A model generated the notes under the pieces. It saw only the letters and a program-made list of their open reading frames with translations, did not search any database and was not told the origin of the DNA. A DNA stretch of 64,000 nt. It comes from Candidatus Hydrogenedentota bacterium. Lineage in GTDB: Bacteria > Hydrogenedentota > Hydrogenedentia > Hydrogenedentales > SLHB01. Where the stretch lies: positions 352,001 through 416,000 of the forward strand of contig CAXXTH010000018.1 of assembly GCA_963668025.2 (NCBI GenBank). The letters are read 5' to 3'. A program made the translations under genes and the position numbers. Numbering within the stretch: position 1 is the first letter of the stretch; each line of letters begins with the position of its first letter. Of the stretch, positions 29,218 through 39,584 are shown one piece after another.

Positions 29218-31320
29218 TCAGTCTCCCTCTTTATCCATGCGCAGCAGGCGCTTGCCGCCATGCCAGCTATCGAAGGCTCCCGAGGCGAATATGCCTTCCA
29301 CGGAGCCAGAATCATCCCGTTCGAGCGCCGCGGATGCCACGCCTACCGGCTCGAATTCCGTCAGTTTGACAGCGCCGTACCGGCATACATCGTGGCACGC
29401 GCCGCAACCAATGCACTTGTCGTCAATAATGTAATGAATCTTTTGGGGAACGCCGATGATGGCGCCTGTCGGGCATTTCGACGCGCAGGCCGTGCAACCC
29501 GTGCAGGATTCATCATCAATGGTAAAGGTGCGCAGTTCCGTGCATACGCCCGCCGGGCAGCGCCGCTCAAAGATATGGGCTTCATACTCATCGCGGAACC
29601 AGCGCAGCGTGCTCAACACGGGATTCGGAGCCGTCTGGCCCAAACCACACAAGCTCGTATCCTTAATCACATCCGCAAGGCGGTTGAGGTACATGACGCC
29701 TTGGAACCGTTCGAGGGCTTCATTGCCCTTCTCGTTTCGGCGGCCTTTCGTGATGCGCGTCAGAATCTCGAGCATGCGCAGCGTGCCTTCCCGGCAGGGA
29801 ATGCATTTGCCGCAGCTCTCACGCTGGATGAAATCCATGAAGAACCGGGCTACGTCCACCATGCAGGTGTCTTCATCCATGACGACCATGCCGCCCGAAC
29901 CCATCATAGCGCCGACCGTCTTCAGCGACTCATAATCCACTTCGATTCCAAGGTGCTGCGTGGGAATGCAGCCGCCGGAGGGGCCGCCCATCTGCACGGC
30001 TTTGAATTTCTTACCATTCGGGCAGCCGCCGCCGATCTCCATCACCACGCGCTCGACCGTCGTGCCCATGGCCACTTCGACCAGGCCCGTCAGCCTCACT
30101 TTGCCGGAAAGGGCGAATACCTTCGTGCCTTTGCTCGTGGCCGTGCCGACGGCGTTGAACCATTCCGAACCATTCAACAAAATACCCGGCACGTTAGCCA
30201 GCGTCTCGACGTTGTTGATGACCGTGGGCTTGCCAAACAGGCCTTTGACGGCCGGGAACGGTGGGCGAGGCCGCGGCATGCCGCGCTTGCCCTCGATGCT
30301 ATGGATCAGCGCCGTTTCTTCGCCGCACACGAATGCGCCCGCGCCCATCTTAATGATGATTTCCAGGCTAAAGCCGCTGTCTTGGATATTTTGGCCCAGG
30401 AATCCATGCTCCTTCGCCTGGGCGATGGCGGCCTTCAACCGTTTGATCGCCAGCGGATACTCGGCGCGGATGTAGACATACGCCTTGCTCGCGCCAATGC
30501 CATAGGCCGCGATGGCCATGCCCTCGAGGAGGCGGTGCGGGTCGCCCTCGATCACCGCGCGATCCATGAACGCGCCCGGGTCGCCTTCATCGGCGTTGCA
30601 GACCAGATATTTCTGCTCGCCTTCCGTGGCCAAAGCGAATTTCCACTTTTTGCCGGTCGGGAAGCCGCCGCCCCCACGTCCCCGCAAGCCGCTTATTTCG
30701 ACAATATTGCACACTTCAACGGGGGTATGGCTGCGCAAGGTGTCCGTCAACGCCGTATACCCGCCGCGCGCCACATATTCTTCAAGGCGGCCAGGATCAA
30801 TGATGCCGCAATTCTTGAGCACCCAGCGCGTCTGCGGCGCAAAGAAGGGATGCTCATCCATATAACGAACATGATCCCACTGCTTCACCGCCGGATTGCG
30901 GTGCTGCATGAAGGCATGCTCATAAGGCGCTGTGCCACTGAGAACCGCGTCGAAAATCTTCTTCACCTTGTCTTCGGTGACCTTTTGGAAGGTCAATCGA
31001 GTGCGCCCGGGGAGCTGGATATCCACCATGGGCTCGACGGCGCATAAGCCGATACAGCCCACTTCGATGAGATCGGCTTCGATGCGACGGCGGCCTAGAT
31101 AAGATTTGATGGCGGCAATGGTTTTCGCCGCGCCAGCGCCCAGGCCGCAGGTGCCCGCGCCTACATAAATGACTGGGTGCTCTACGTCTTCGCGGCGCAG
31201 TTCCGCCATGCGCTTCAGAGCCAGATTCTTACAAGTCTCCGGGTCATGCGACTCCGGATGCTCGACCAAGCATCCCGCCAATTCGGGACGGTAGGTGGTG
31301 TCTGTATTCTTACTCGTCAT
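29218..31320 (-). CDS. hydB: NuoF-like NADH/FMN-binding subunit with N-terminal thioredoxin-like 2Fe-2S and C-terminal 2x4Fe-4S
   Basis: SGLRGRGGGGFPTG, CNADEGDPGAFMDR, GAFVCGEETAL, ESCGKCIPCREG; start set to ATG 31320 overlapping the hydC stop. Confidence 0.95.
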   Translation of the reverse strand: MTSKNTDTTYRPELAGCLVEHPESHDPETCKNLALKRMAELRREDVEHPVIYVGAGTCGLGAGAAKTIAAIKSYLGRRRIEADLIEVGCIGLCAVEPMVDIQLPGRTRLTFQKVTEDKVKKIFDAVLSGTAPYEHAFMQHRNPAVKQWDHVRYMDEHPFFAPQTRWVLKNCGIIDPGRLEEYVARGGYTALTDTLRSHTPVEVCNIVEISGLRGRGGGGFPTGKKWKFALATEGEQKYLVCNADEGDPGAFMDRAVIEGDPHRLLEGMAIAAYGIGASKAYVYIRAEYPLAIKRLKAAIAQAKEHGFLGQNIQDSGFSLEIIIKMGAGAFVCGEETALIHSIEGKRGMPRPRPPFPAVKGLFGKPTVINNVETLANVPGILLNGSEWFNAVGTATSKGTKVFALSGKVRLTGLVEVAMGTTVERVVMEIGGGCPNGKKFKAVQMGGPSGGCIPTQHLGIEVDYESLKTVGAMMGSGGMVVMDEDTCMVDVARFFMDFIQRESCGKCIPCREGTLRMLEILTRITKGRRNEKGNEALERFQGVMYLNRLADVIKDTSLCGLGQTAPNPVLSTLRWFRDEYEAHIFERRCPAGVCTELRTFTIDDESCTGCTACASKCPTGAIIGVPQKIHYIIDDKCIGCGACHDVCRYGAVKLTEFEPVGVASAALERDDSGSVEGIFASGAFDSWHGGKRLLRMDKEGD

Positions 31321-31825
31321 CTTCTTCGGCCCTTTCGCGGTATTCCTCGATGAGGTTGCGCGCACTGTTAGTGGTCATATTGGCGTAGAACTCGCCATTC
31401 ACACAGATAACCGGCGCCAGCCCGCATGCCCCAATGCACGCCACCACTTCGAGGCTAAAAGACCCGTCGCGGCTGGTCTGGCCCGGCTCGATTTTCAATT
31501 CATGCTTGATGGCGTCAAGCACGGACGCGGAACCTTTCACATGGCAGGCCGTGCCCCGGCACACCTGGACGTGATATTTGCCCAAAGGCTGGAACCGGAA
31601 CTGGTTGTAAAACGTCGCCACCCCGTAAATCTTGCTGGTGGGCAGCTTCAGATGCGCACCGATGCGCACGATGGCATCGCGTGAAAGGTACCCATGCTTC
31701 TCTTGCACCTCTTGAAGAATCGGGATGAGCGCGTCCCTCTTGGCCCCGGGATGGGCGTCGAGTATTTCGTCCACATCCGTGCGCACTATGCCGCTCGTGC
31801 ATTTCTCTTCCGAACATGTCGTCAT
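31310..31825 (-). CDS. hydC: NuoE-like 2Fe-2S subunit
   Basis: LIPILQEVQ, YGVATFY, CRGTACHVKG, CIGACGLAP. Confidence 0.95.
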   Translation of the reverse strand: MTTCSEEKCTSGIVRTDVDEILDAHPGAKRDALIPILQEVQEKHGYLSRDAIVRIGAHLKLPTSKIYGVATFYNQFRFQPLGKYHVQVCRGTACHVKGSASVLDAIKHELKIEPGQTSRDGSFSLEVVACIGACGLAPVICVNGEFYANMTTNSARNLIEEYRERAEEDDE

Positions 31826-31833
31826 CGTTTTGG

Positions 31834-32469
31834 TTATCCTGTCACCTTGGCCCTGGCCCCTTCACGGGAAAAATACACCACCCGCTCCAGTGTCATGGCC
31901 ATATCCACGTTTTCCACGTAAACGCCCTTCGGCACCCATAACCGAAGAGGCGCGAAATTAACTATGCCTCGAATGCCTGCCTCGCACAGAAGGTTGGCCG
32001 TCGCCTGGGCCTCTGAAGCAGGAACCGCGATAATGGCCTCGCGTATTTCTTGCGCCTTCACTAAATCAATCAATTGTTCCAACGGATAACAACGGCACCC
32101 ATGAATAACCCGGTTGGCCTTCTCCGGGTCCGTATCAAACGCCGCTAATACCGTATACTGCTGTGTACGCCCACCGAAATAAGATAAAATCGCACGGCCC
32201 AGATTACCCACGCCCATTAAAATGACACTTACGGGCTTGCGCGGATCTAGCACCGCGCCAATGCCACTAATCAGGCCCTGGACATCGTATCCTTTCGCCG
32301 GGCTGCCAGAATAACCAATGGCCATCACGTCACGCCGCACTTGCGCGGGAGTACATCCCGCAAGCGCCGCAAGCTCGTGGGAGAAAATATACTCTTCGCC
32401 GTTACCGGCGCTCTCCCGCAGCAGCCTACGATATAAACTCAAACGTCCTATTGCTTTATCCGATATCAT
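31834..32469 (-). CDS. rex: Redox-sensing repressor Rex
   Basis: RLSLYRR, SHELA...QVRRD, GVGNLGRA, NFAP; start placed at MISDK (32469), downstream of the operators. Confidence 0.95.
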   Translation of the reverse strand: MISDKAIGRLSLYRRLLRESAGNGEEYIFSHELAALAGCTPAQVRRDVMAIGYSGSPAKGYDVQGLISGIGAVLDPRKPVSVILMGVGNLGRAILSYFGGRTQQYTVLAAFDTDPEKANRVIHGCRCYPLEQLIDLVKAQEIREAIIAVPASEAQATANLLCEAGIRGIVNFAPLRLWVPKGVYVENVDMAMTLERVVYFSREGARAKVTG

Positions 32470-32507
32470 GGGGCTCCGAATACCTGTTGCGGCGCCTCTA
32501 AAACTTG

Positions 32508-32542
32508 CTGTGAATACTTTCACATTGTGAAACTATTCACGG
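32508..32542. promoter_or_regulatory. Two tandem Rex operators
   Basis: CTGTGAA-TACT-TTCACAT and TTGTGAA-ACTA-TTCACGG versus consensus TTGTGAA-N4-TTCACAA. Confidence 0.9.
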
Positions 32543-32545
32543 TTA

Positions 32546-32574
32546 ACTGTAACACGCCATTGCCCTAATGTCAA
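32546..32574 (-). promoter_or_regulatory. Sigma70 promoter of the rex-hyd operon
   Basis: TTGACA-17 bp-TACAGT with TG extension. Confidence 0.8.
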
Positions 32575-32769
32575 GTAAATTCGTGACCCCTATCTCGATT
32601 CATTCTACTCCCTTCCATTCCCCTATTCCAGAATCAAGTATTCCCTTTCCTCAATCCCAGTAATTGATAGGGATGCAGAGATGCCCCTGCACCACTATTT
32701 GTCAAAATGTTGTTTTCTTGCACGGATTTTCTGTGTAAATAAATTTATATCAACGTGTTAGAGCTAAGA

Positions 32770-32889
32770 TTTTCACCACGAAGAGCACGAAGGACACGAA
32801 GAGAAACGATATTTGCTCTGGATTTTATCTGTGTCATCTGCGGCATCTGTGGAAAACCTTCGTGTTCTTCGTGACCTTCGTGGTGAAAA
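32770..32889. repeat. Palindromic element (CACGAAG type) with nested repeat fragments
   Basis: TTTTCACCACGAAGAGCACGAAGGACACGAAG...CTTCGTGTTCTTCGTGACCTTCGTGGTGAAAA. Confidence 0.85.
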
Positions 32890-33146
32890 ATCCGGCTCTT
32901 TGGTTGCGGCTACCTGCGCTAAGTACATTGGTGTTCATACGTGGTTCAAAATCCGGCTTTTTAGTTCCGGCTCCTACTCCGTTCATTCATGTCGTCTGAA
33001 TAACGGCCATTTCAAAGAAATTCGACCATATTGAAACAAAATCACACGGCTGGTGGTATTCTGATACCAGCGGCAAATATTGGGCATAGAAAACGTGTTT
33101 AGGAAAATGCCCATAATTTGGCCAAAAGCTATCTTCTACGGTATGC

Positions 33147-34295
33147 TTGATAAATGGAAACCAGGCCATCCAGATGAAAAATCTAAAAATCCGTATAGAA
33201 AGCCGTTTTTCCTTGCACAACGCCACCCGGGTGTTGCAGGGGGAGGTCTTTGCCGGAGAAGAACCGCAAAGCACCTTATTGGGCAGTTGCGTCTGTATAG
33301 GATTTTATTATGCCCCGTTACGGATTGGAGCGTTAAGCCATATCACGGGTTATGGCAAAGGCGGAGGCCATCAAGCCGGCGGCGCGCTGCACATGATGGA
33401 AAAACGATTGGCCAAACTGGGCGTCTCGATGTCGCATTGCACCTGCTTCGTGATCGGAGGCCTGGAATGCGTCCGGTATGTGCTGGACAGCGCGATTCGT
33501 GCGCTCGAAGCGCGCGGCATTCGTTATGAGCTGCTGGATGTGCTGGGCGATTGCCACCGCAAGGTGTTGTTTGAACCCAAAGAAGGTACGATTTCCATTC
33601 TACACCGCAAACTGGAAGGCTCCGTGGCTGCTGGCCCCTCGGACGAGCAAGTGTTCGAGGATTTCAGCGACCCTTCCCGCAGGCTGCTGACGGGGGCAAG
33701 CCTGCTCTTCCGCAACGCGGAGCTCATGGCGCATTTGCGCAAGGACATTTTACCCGAGCTGATTCCCGGCAGCCCACAGATACACGTCTGGTGTGCGGGC
33801 TGCTCCATTGGCATGGAAGCGTATACCGTGGCCATGATCATCCGTGAATGGTTGTCTGCTCGAGGCGTCACGGTTGAGGCCAAAGTGCTGGGGAGCGATA
33901 TTTCGCAAGAAGCGCTGGACGTAGCGATACAGGGCGAGTATCCTGTTTCGCAGCAGACTCGCGCCGCCAATGTAAAACTCCTGGCCCGGTATGCAGAATC
34001 CATAAAGAACCAGGCCGTTCGCATGAAACCTGAAGTGCGGAAGATGGTCTTTTTTCGCAAGCGCGATATTCGCGCGGGAACCCGGCATCCGTTCGAGATC
34101 GTGATTTGCGACCATGTGCTGCAATATTTCACCGTGGATGTCCAGCTCGAGCTTATCAACAGCCTGGCCCGCGCCGTGCGGCCAGGCGGTTTTTTCTACG
34201 TGAGCACGCCATCGGGGGAAGTATTGGAAATACTGGAACGCCAGCATCCTTTCAAGCGCCTGGCGCGGAATCTATACCGGCGAAATGGCGCATAA
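33147..34295 (+). CDS. CheD-like deamidase fused to CheR-like methyltransferase; start may be 33174
   Basis: STLLGSCVCIG...GALSH (CheD); VWCAGCSIGMEAYTVAM, GSDIS, VLQYF, RPGG (CheR SAM domain). Confidence 0.85.
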   Translation: MINGNQAIQMKNLKIRIESRFSLHNATRVLQGEVFAGEEPQSTLLGSCVCIGFYYAPLRIGALSHITGYGKGGGHQAGGALHMMEKRLAKLGVSMSHCTCFVIGGLECVRYVLDSAIRALEARGIRYELLDVLGDCHRKVLFEPKEGTISILHRKLEGSVAAGPSDEQVFEDFSDPSRRLLTGASLLFRNAELMAHLRKDILPELIPGSPQIHVWCAGCSIGMEAYTVAMIIREWLSARGVTVEAKVLGSDISQEALDVAIQGEYPVSQQTRAANVKLLARYAESIKNQAVRMKPEVRKMVFFRKRDIRAGTRHPFEIVICDHVLQYFTVDVQLELINSLARAVRPGGFFYVSTPSGEVLEILERQHPFKRLARNLYRRNGA

Positions 34296-34337
34296 ACACG
34301 AGAAGAGAGCAGAGGAAACCGCTTAGAAAGGTCTTTC

Positions 34338-35765
34338 ATGCTGTATCTGCACAACGCCGCACGGCGGCCACGAGTCCATTTCTGCGGCATCGGCGGAACG
34401 GCCATGGTGGCGGGCGCACGCCTGGCCATCGAGGCCGGATGGGAAGTGCGCGGCAGCGATAATCCCTTATATCCGCCGACATCGTTCATGGTCGAGGCGC
34501 TGGGCGCGCCGGTGGCGCAGGGGTATTCGGAGTCTAACCTTGATTGGACCCCAGACTTAACCGTCATTGGCAACGCCCTGAGCCGGGGCAATCCCGAGGT
34601 GGAAGCGATCTTGGAGCGCGGCCTCCATTACGTCAGCTTGGCGGAATGGCTCAAGGATGTCGTACTGCGTCCCCGCAAGCCTATCGTCATCTGCGGCACC
34701 CACGGCAAAACCACCACCACGGCGCTTGCCGCCTTTTTATTGGAAGAAGCGAACCTGAATGCCGGCTACTTGATCGGTGGACAGCCCTTGAATTTCCCCC
34801 ACTCCGCCCGGCTTGGAGCCGCAGACGCGCCGTTCGTCATTGAAGGCGATGAATATGACACGGCTTTTTTCGACAAGCGCGCGAAGTTTTTCCACTATCT
34901 CCCCCAAATCGCCGTGGTGACCTCTCTCGAATTCGACCATGGCGACATCTACCGCGATGTGGAAGAGATCGAAAAAGCATTCCGCCTCATGTTGCGCCAG
35001 ATCCCGCGCACGGGCCACCTGGTGGTGTGCGCCGACAATCCTCGCGCCGCCGCCTTGCGCGAACACGCCTTTTGTCCCGTCTTGAGTTATGGCCTATCCG
35101 AGACCGCGGATTTTCGTGGCATTCTGGGAAACGCCTCAAGCGGACTCCAGCGATTGGATGTCTTCGACCAAGGCGTCAAATGGGGTGAGTTTCAAACACC
35201 TCTTGCGGGACGCCACAACGTACAAAACACGCTCGCGGCCCTTGCCGTAGGACGTTTGCTGGGAATAGCGCCGGAGACGCTCGCCAGCGCCTTGCCCCGC
35301 TTCCACTCCGTCCGGCGGCGCATGGAAGTTTTTCTTGAAGCGAACGGGATCACTTTTGTGGACGATTTCGCACACCACCCGACGGCCATCGCGGAGACGG
35401 CAAAAGCCGCCCGGGGCCGGTGGCCGGAAGGGCGTCTCTGGTTGTTGCTCGAACCACGCTCGAACACGCTCGTGACGAACGCGTTCCAGAACGAGCTGGC
35501 GAACGCCTTGCGTGTAGCGGATTGCGTTTGGATTGGCCCTATATACCGGGCGGACCGCATGGCGGAAGACACGCTCCTCGACCGGGCTGGTTTAGTGAAG
35601 ATACTCGAAGCCCACGGCGTGCATGCCCATTGCACGGACCAGGTGCCGGCCATCGTGGACGATGTGCGGGAGAAAGCGCGCCCTGGAGATGTCGTGTTAA
35701 TTTGCAGCAATGGCGCTTTCGAAGGGATATACGCCCGGTTCCGAAAAGCATATGCCTCCCGTTGA
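34338..35765 (+). CDS. mpl: Murein peptide ligase
   Basis: GIGGTAM, GSD..LYPP, IGNALSRGNPEVE, GTHGKTTT, EGDEYDTAFFDKR, DDFAHHPTA, EPRSNT. Confidence 0.95.
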   Translation: MLYLHNAARRPRVHFCGIGGTAMVAGARLAIEAGWEVRGSDNPLYPPTSFMVEALGAPVAQGYSESNLDWTPDLTVIGNALSRGNPEVEAILERGLHYVSLAEWLKDVVLRPRKPIVICGTHGKTTTTALAAFLLEEANLNAGYLIGGQPLNFPHSARLGAADAPFVIEGDEYDTAFFDKRAKFFHYLPQIAVVTSLEFDHGDIYRDVEEIEKAFRLMLRQIPRTGHLVVCADNPRAAALREHAFCPVLSYGLSETADFRGILGNASSGLQRLDVFDQGVKWGEFQTPLAGRHNVQNTLAALAVGRLLGIAPETLASALPRFHSVRRRMEVFLEANGITFVDDFAHHPTAIAETAKAARGRWPEGRLWLLLEPRSNTLVTNAFQNELANALRVADCVWIGPIYRADRMAEDTLLDRAGLVKILEAHGVHAHCTDQVPAIVDDVREKARPGDVVLICSNGAFEGIYARFRKAYASR

Positions 35766-35798
35766 ACATGCGAACACATGACGCGGCATCGCTCCACT

Positions 35799-37289
35799 CT
35801 ACCATGGATTCGAGGGAACCATGTCCCAAGCATCCAGTTGAAGCAGCTCCGCATCGCCGCCTTCCACACACAGAGAGATGCCGAGGCTGTCGTTTCGGGA
35901 CGGATCGATACGCTGCGCCATCGCCTGGCGCTCATTGGCGAATATCTCGATGATCGAGCGGTCCAGAAATACGCGCAACCGTAATGGCTCACCTTCTTTC
36001 AGGACAAACGGCGCTTCCTGGCGATCTACTTCCACCTTGTTCTTAGTAACATGATCCACGAAATCAACAAACATTAGCGCATCATAATGCTTCAGATAGC
36101 CGCCCAGCGAAGACTTCCCAAGTTCGATACGCATGGCGCCGGATTCCCGGTCAACAACAATCGGCGTTTCTTCTTCTCCGTTTGGCGACTGGCGCACCGT
36201 CAACCGTATACGTTTTGCCTGGCCAGGCTGTATCGTCAAATCAAGCTCCAAGCAGTCACCGGAAATGCCGTTCAATAACAGTTCTTTGCCATCCATGAGG
36301 GGCGTAGAATCCACATGCCGGTGGTTGTATCGAAGCGCCTGCAATTCTTTCACGGGGGCCATGTGCAACACATGATCATCATCCAGCCATAAATGCCGCG
36401 GCAGGCTCATCATCCCGCTCCATCCGCTAGGAGGCAACTCAGGGATCACTCCATAATCCACCACCCACGCCCACATGATACGGCGGCCTTGGCCATCGAG
36501 CAGGCTCTCCGGGGCGAAGAAGCTGCCGCCTGGCCAGTTCATCCAGGCATGGCATTCCGGATGAAACTGCTCGTTTTCCCAGCGGCCCAGATAATACCGG
36601 CACCCCCTTTTGTGGCTGATGCACAGCAGCATATGCATATCGCCAATCTTGAAAAAGCCTGGGCATGAGACATCGTCGTCCGGATGCACACCCGAAAAAA
36701 CAACGTCAGACATAAAGGGCTTTAGATACTCCCACCGGGTGAGGTTTCTAGCTCTAAACAGCGCGGCTTTAGCTCCGCCGAATATAGCGTAGTATGTTCC
36801 GTTCTCCACCCATCCACAAGGATCCCATGAGCCATAGAGTTTTGCCTCCGGGCTATCTTTCGGGGGAATGGGCACTATGGGATTGAAGGGCAGCTTCTTC
36901 CATACATCGAGCTGGGCATCTTCACTGATGGCGATACAATTGCCTGCTCCAACTCCATGATAGAGGATAGTTGGATTCCCCTCTTTGTTAATGAAGCAGT
37001 TGCCACTGAAAATGCCTTTGTCGGGATCTCCCTCCGAGGGAAACAACGCTGTCGGATGGAAACGCCAATGCACCAGATCGTTGCTGGATACATGGCCCCA
37101 GCAGAATCCACGTTCATCTTTGAATATGTAGTAAAGATGATATAGGCCCTTCCAATAGATCGCGCCATTGGGATCAAAAGGCGCGCAAATGCCCTCTGGT
37201 GTAGCGAAGTGGTAGACCGGCCGCTGGGGATCGGCAAGCATCTGTTCCCTGTTCAGACGCGCCGCCGCGACCATTTCTGCATGTGTCAT
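35799..37289 (-). CDS. GH32-like glycoside hydrolase with non-canonical motifs
   Basis: FDPNG, WGHVSS.DLVHW, FSG, WDP, SCP, C-terminal LDRSIIEIF sandwich; start uncertain (37289 or 37364). Confidence 0.88.
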   Translation of the reverse strand: MTHAEMVAAARLNREQMLADPQRPVYHFATPEGICAPFDPNGAIYWKGLYHLYYIFKDERGFCWGHVSSNDLVHWRFHPTALFPSEGDPDKGIFSGNCFINKEGNPTILYHGVGAGNCIAISEDAQLDVWKKLPFNPIVPIPPKDSPEAKLYGSWDPCGWVENGTYYAIFGGAKAALFRARNLTRWEYLKPFMSDVVFSGVHPDDDVSCPGFFKIGDMHMLLCISHKRGCRYYLGRWENEQFHPECHAWMNWPGGSFFAPESLLDGQGRRIMWAWVVDYGVIPELPPSGWSGMMSLPRHLWLDDDHVLHMAPVKELQALRYNHRHVDSTPLMDGKELLLNGISGDCLELDLTIQPGQAKRIRLTVRQSPNGEEETPIVVDRESGAMRIELGKSSLGGYLKHYDALMFVDFVDHVTKNKVEVDRQEAPFVLKEGEPLRLRVFLDRSIIEIFANERQAMAQRIDPSRNDSLGISLCVEGGDAELLQLDAWDMVPSNPW

Positions 37290-37529
37290 TTCAAGCGCCC
37301 TTTCTACCGCTTGCGCCACACCAGAAAACAAATAGTGAAAGGGGCAGCAACGATTTCGATACAAATCTCACGAGGATTCTCCCCCATGCCACGGGAAATG
37401 CATATCTCTTTTCTCTTATCCGGCAATGCAGGAGAAGACCCCTGTGCAAAACAGATAGACACACGGTACTATCATATATCTCTTGCCATCATTTGAACCC
37501 GTTTTTGGATTCAAGAAATAGCAACGGCC

Positions 37530-37568
37530 TTTCCCAGGAAGCGGAGCGGCTCTCCACCTCCTGGGAAA
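37530..37568 (-). terminator. Stem-loop after anchored-protein gene
   Basis: CCCAGGAGGUGGAG/CUCCGCUUCCUGGG with two G-U pairs on the minus strand; no clear U-tract. Confidence 0.6.
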
Positions 37569-37588
37569 AAACTCAGAATGATGAGTTA

Positions 37589-38416
37589 TCACTTCCGGCG
37601 CAGTGCTCTGGCGCCGCCCAGAAGGAACACGCCAATCGCTATTCCCAGGCCAGCCAAACCAGCCACAGGCACGTTTTCCCCATTTCCGCCGCCATAGCCG
37701 CAACCTTCCACCGACAAATTCAAATTCGGCACCGCCGCACCAGTCCACTCGAACGAATCAATTTTCCATGGAGCAGTGCTCTGCACCGCGTTAGCTAGAA
37801 GGGCTATGCGCATGCCTGTAAGATCGAGATGGGAGCTGGATGCGTCATTAATGGTAAATGCGTACACCTCCGTCCAATTGGCTCCCCAGTCGTCACTGGC
37901 GGAAAAGGTGACTTGCGTCTGGGTGATATCGATCTTCAGCATGTTCGGAAAGAAATCCGCGACGAAATTGCCTAATTCAATCCATCCGTCGCCCGCGCCT
38001 CGCACTTCAAGGAAAGTGCCCGAACCGTGATAGCCGAAGTCGAAGGCCGCCGCATAACTCCAATCACCCGCGTTGAGCGCCCGGAAGCGGAACCGCACCA
38101 TGTCGCTGGCTGTCGTGGTGGGTTGATCCGGCGCATACGTGAGGATTGCCGTGCTGACTGAATCCGCATCGCCCAGGAATGGGAAAAACGCCGCACCGGC
38201 GGACTCTCCCGAGTAAGAGAAATTGAGCTGCGCGTAATTTCCATTTCCGGATATCAACCATCCACAATCTTCATACGTAAACTCGCCATACGAATCGTTG
38301 GAATTCACTGCACCTTCCGTGTCGCTCTGTGCGCCAGAAAAAAGTTTTGTTCCCGCAGAAGCATTTAGTGTAACTAGGACAAAGAGACTCATGAGCACAC
38401 ACAATTGTCTAGCCAT
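37589..38416 (-). CDS. Secreted beta-rich (lectin-like) protein with VPV-TM-basic anchor
   Basis: Signal peptide (ASA), aromatic beta-strand pattern, ends VPVAGLAGLGIAIGVFLLGGARALRRK. Confidence 0.8.
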   Translation of the reverse strand: MARQLCVLMSLFVLVTLNASAGTKLFSGAQSDTEGAVNSNDSYGEFTYEDCGWLISGNGNYAQLNFSYSGESAGAAFFPFLGDADSVSTAILTYAPDQPTTTASDMVRFRFRALNAGDWSYAAAFDFGYHGSGTFLEVRGAGDGWIELGNFVADFFPNMLKIDITQTQVTFSASDDWGANWTEVYAFTINDASSSHLDLTGMRIALLANAVQSTAPWKIDSFEWTGAAVPNLNLSVEGCGYGGGNGENVPVAGLAGLGIAIGVFLLGGARALRRK

Positions 38417-38488
38417 TCCACTTCCCTCCAATGTAGATCTGTCGTTTCTCCTCGTTTCAGGAACAACCGGCTGAACGGCACTGCCTGC

Positions 38489-39547
38489 TCAGCCCATACC
38501 GCCAAACATGTAATTCTGCAAACCGATCACGGAATTCAGATTCCATACACCGCTCTTGTATGTGCCTGAAGTGACCGGGAAATCTTCTTGATACCGCACA
38601 AACCGCACATGCCCGTCCATATAAAGCACATTCGAACCGCCCGGCACATGATTGAATGAGCTGACCGCGGCAGCTCCTGGCATAGGCGCACCCGTTACGG
38701 ACATATTCTGGCCGCTGGCCCAGGCATCCCACATAACCGGAATGACACTTTCGGAAACGCTGCCCGATGCTGGATTGTTGATATCCGTGATAAAGAAACG
38801 CTCGATGCCAGCCCGCACATGATGGTAAACAGCAGGTAGAGTGGTAATGCCGTCATCGTCTTTCCATCCATATGTACGTACGCTTCGCTTGGCCGTGACA
38901 TCCGCGGGAATGTCTTCGATATTGAAACGGTCGAAGATGAGTAGCGATAAATCCGGGTCAAACTCACAACCAGAAATCTTAGAAACGGGATACGTCTCGA
39001 TAGGCCCCCAGCCAGCGGTGTTATACGGCCAGTCCCCCTTCATCAAACCCACATCGTAGACTTGCGAACCGGTGGTGCATGCATAATTCATGTAAATATA
39101 CGACACCGGCATGGAGAGCATTCCATGCAAACACGCTTTCCCGTCGTCCCCTGTCAATTTGGCAAGCCGTGCGATTTGCGCCGGAAAATCTTCATCAACG
39201 CCGAATTTTTCCACATTCAACAACAATTGAAACTCGCTACGCGAATCCGAGGGGCATATGGCAAGATTAGGGTCGTTCCAATAGTCCGGGTATATCCGTT
39301 CAGCGGAAATCCCATGCAGATAACCGGTGATGGGAACCGTAGTGATGCCCGGCGGAAAAGACGCCCCTTTCGCTTCATTGGAATACATCTTAAAAATGAT
39401 TCCCCATTGTTTCAGATTGCTGGCGCAACTCGCACGGCGCGCCGCTTCACGCGCTCGCGCCAGTGCGGGAAGCAAGATCGCAGCCAAAATAGCGATAATT
39501 GCAATGACGACCAACAGCTCGATCAACGTGAATCCGCTTCGTTTCAT
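38489..39547 (-). CDS. DUF1559 / H-X9-DG prepilin-type protein
   Basis: G|[62 protein letters not shown]; RBS GAGGAGGG before ATG 39547. Confidence 0.93.
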   Translation of the reverse strand: MKRSGFTLIELLVVIAIIAILAAILLPALARAREAARRASCASNLKQWGIIFKMYSNEAKGASFPPGITTVPITGYLHGISAERIYPDYWNDPNLAICPSDSRSEFQLLLNVEKFGVDEDFPAQIARLAKLTGDDGKACLHGMLSMPVSYIYMNYACTTGSQVYDVGLMKGDWPYNTAGWGPIETYPVSKISGCEFDPDLSLLIFDRFNIEDIPADVTAKRSVRTYGWKDDDGITTLPAVYHHVRAGIERFFITDINNPASGSVSESVIPVMWDAWASGQNMSVTGAPMPGAAAVSSFNHVPGGSNVLYMDGHVRFVRYQEDFPVTSGTYKSGVWNLNSVIGLQNYMFGGMG

Positions 39548-39584
39548 TACATTTCCCTCCTCTCCGGATACTCCAACCATGGCG

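Noticed and set aside
29215-31047. 610-aa plus-strand ORF and the many other long antisense ORFs in the track
   Set aside because: Shadow frames of well-supported genes in GC-rich DNA, with no motifs or RBS
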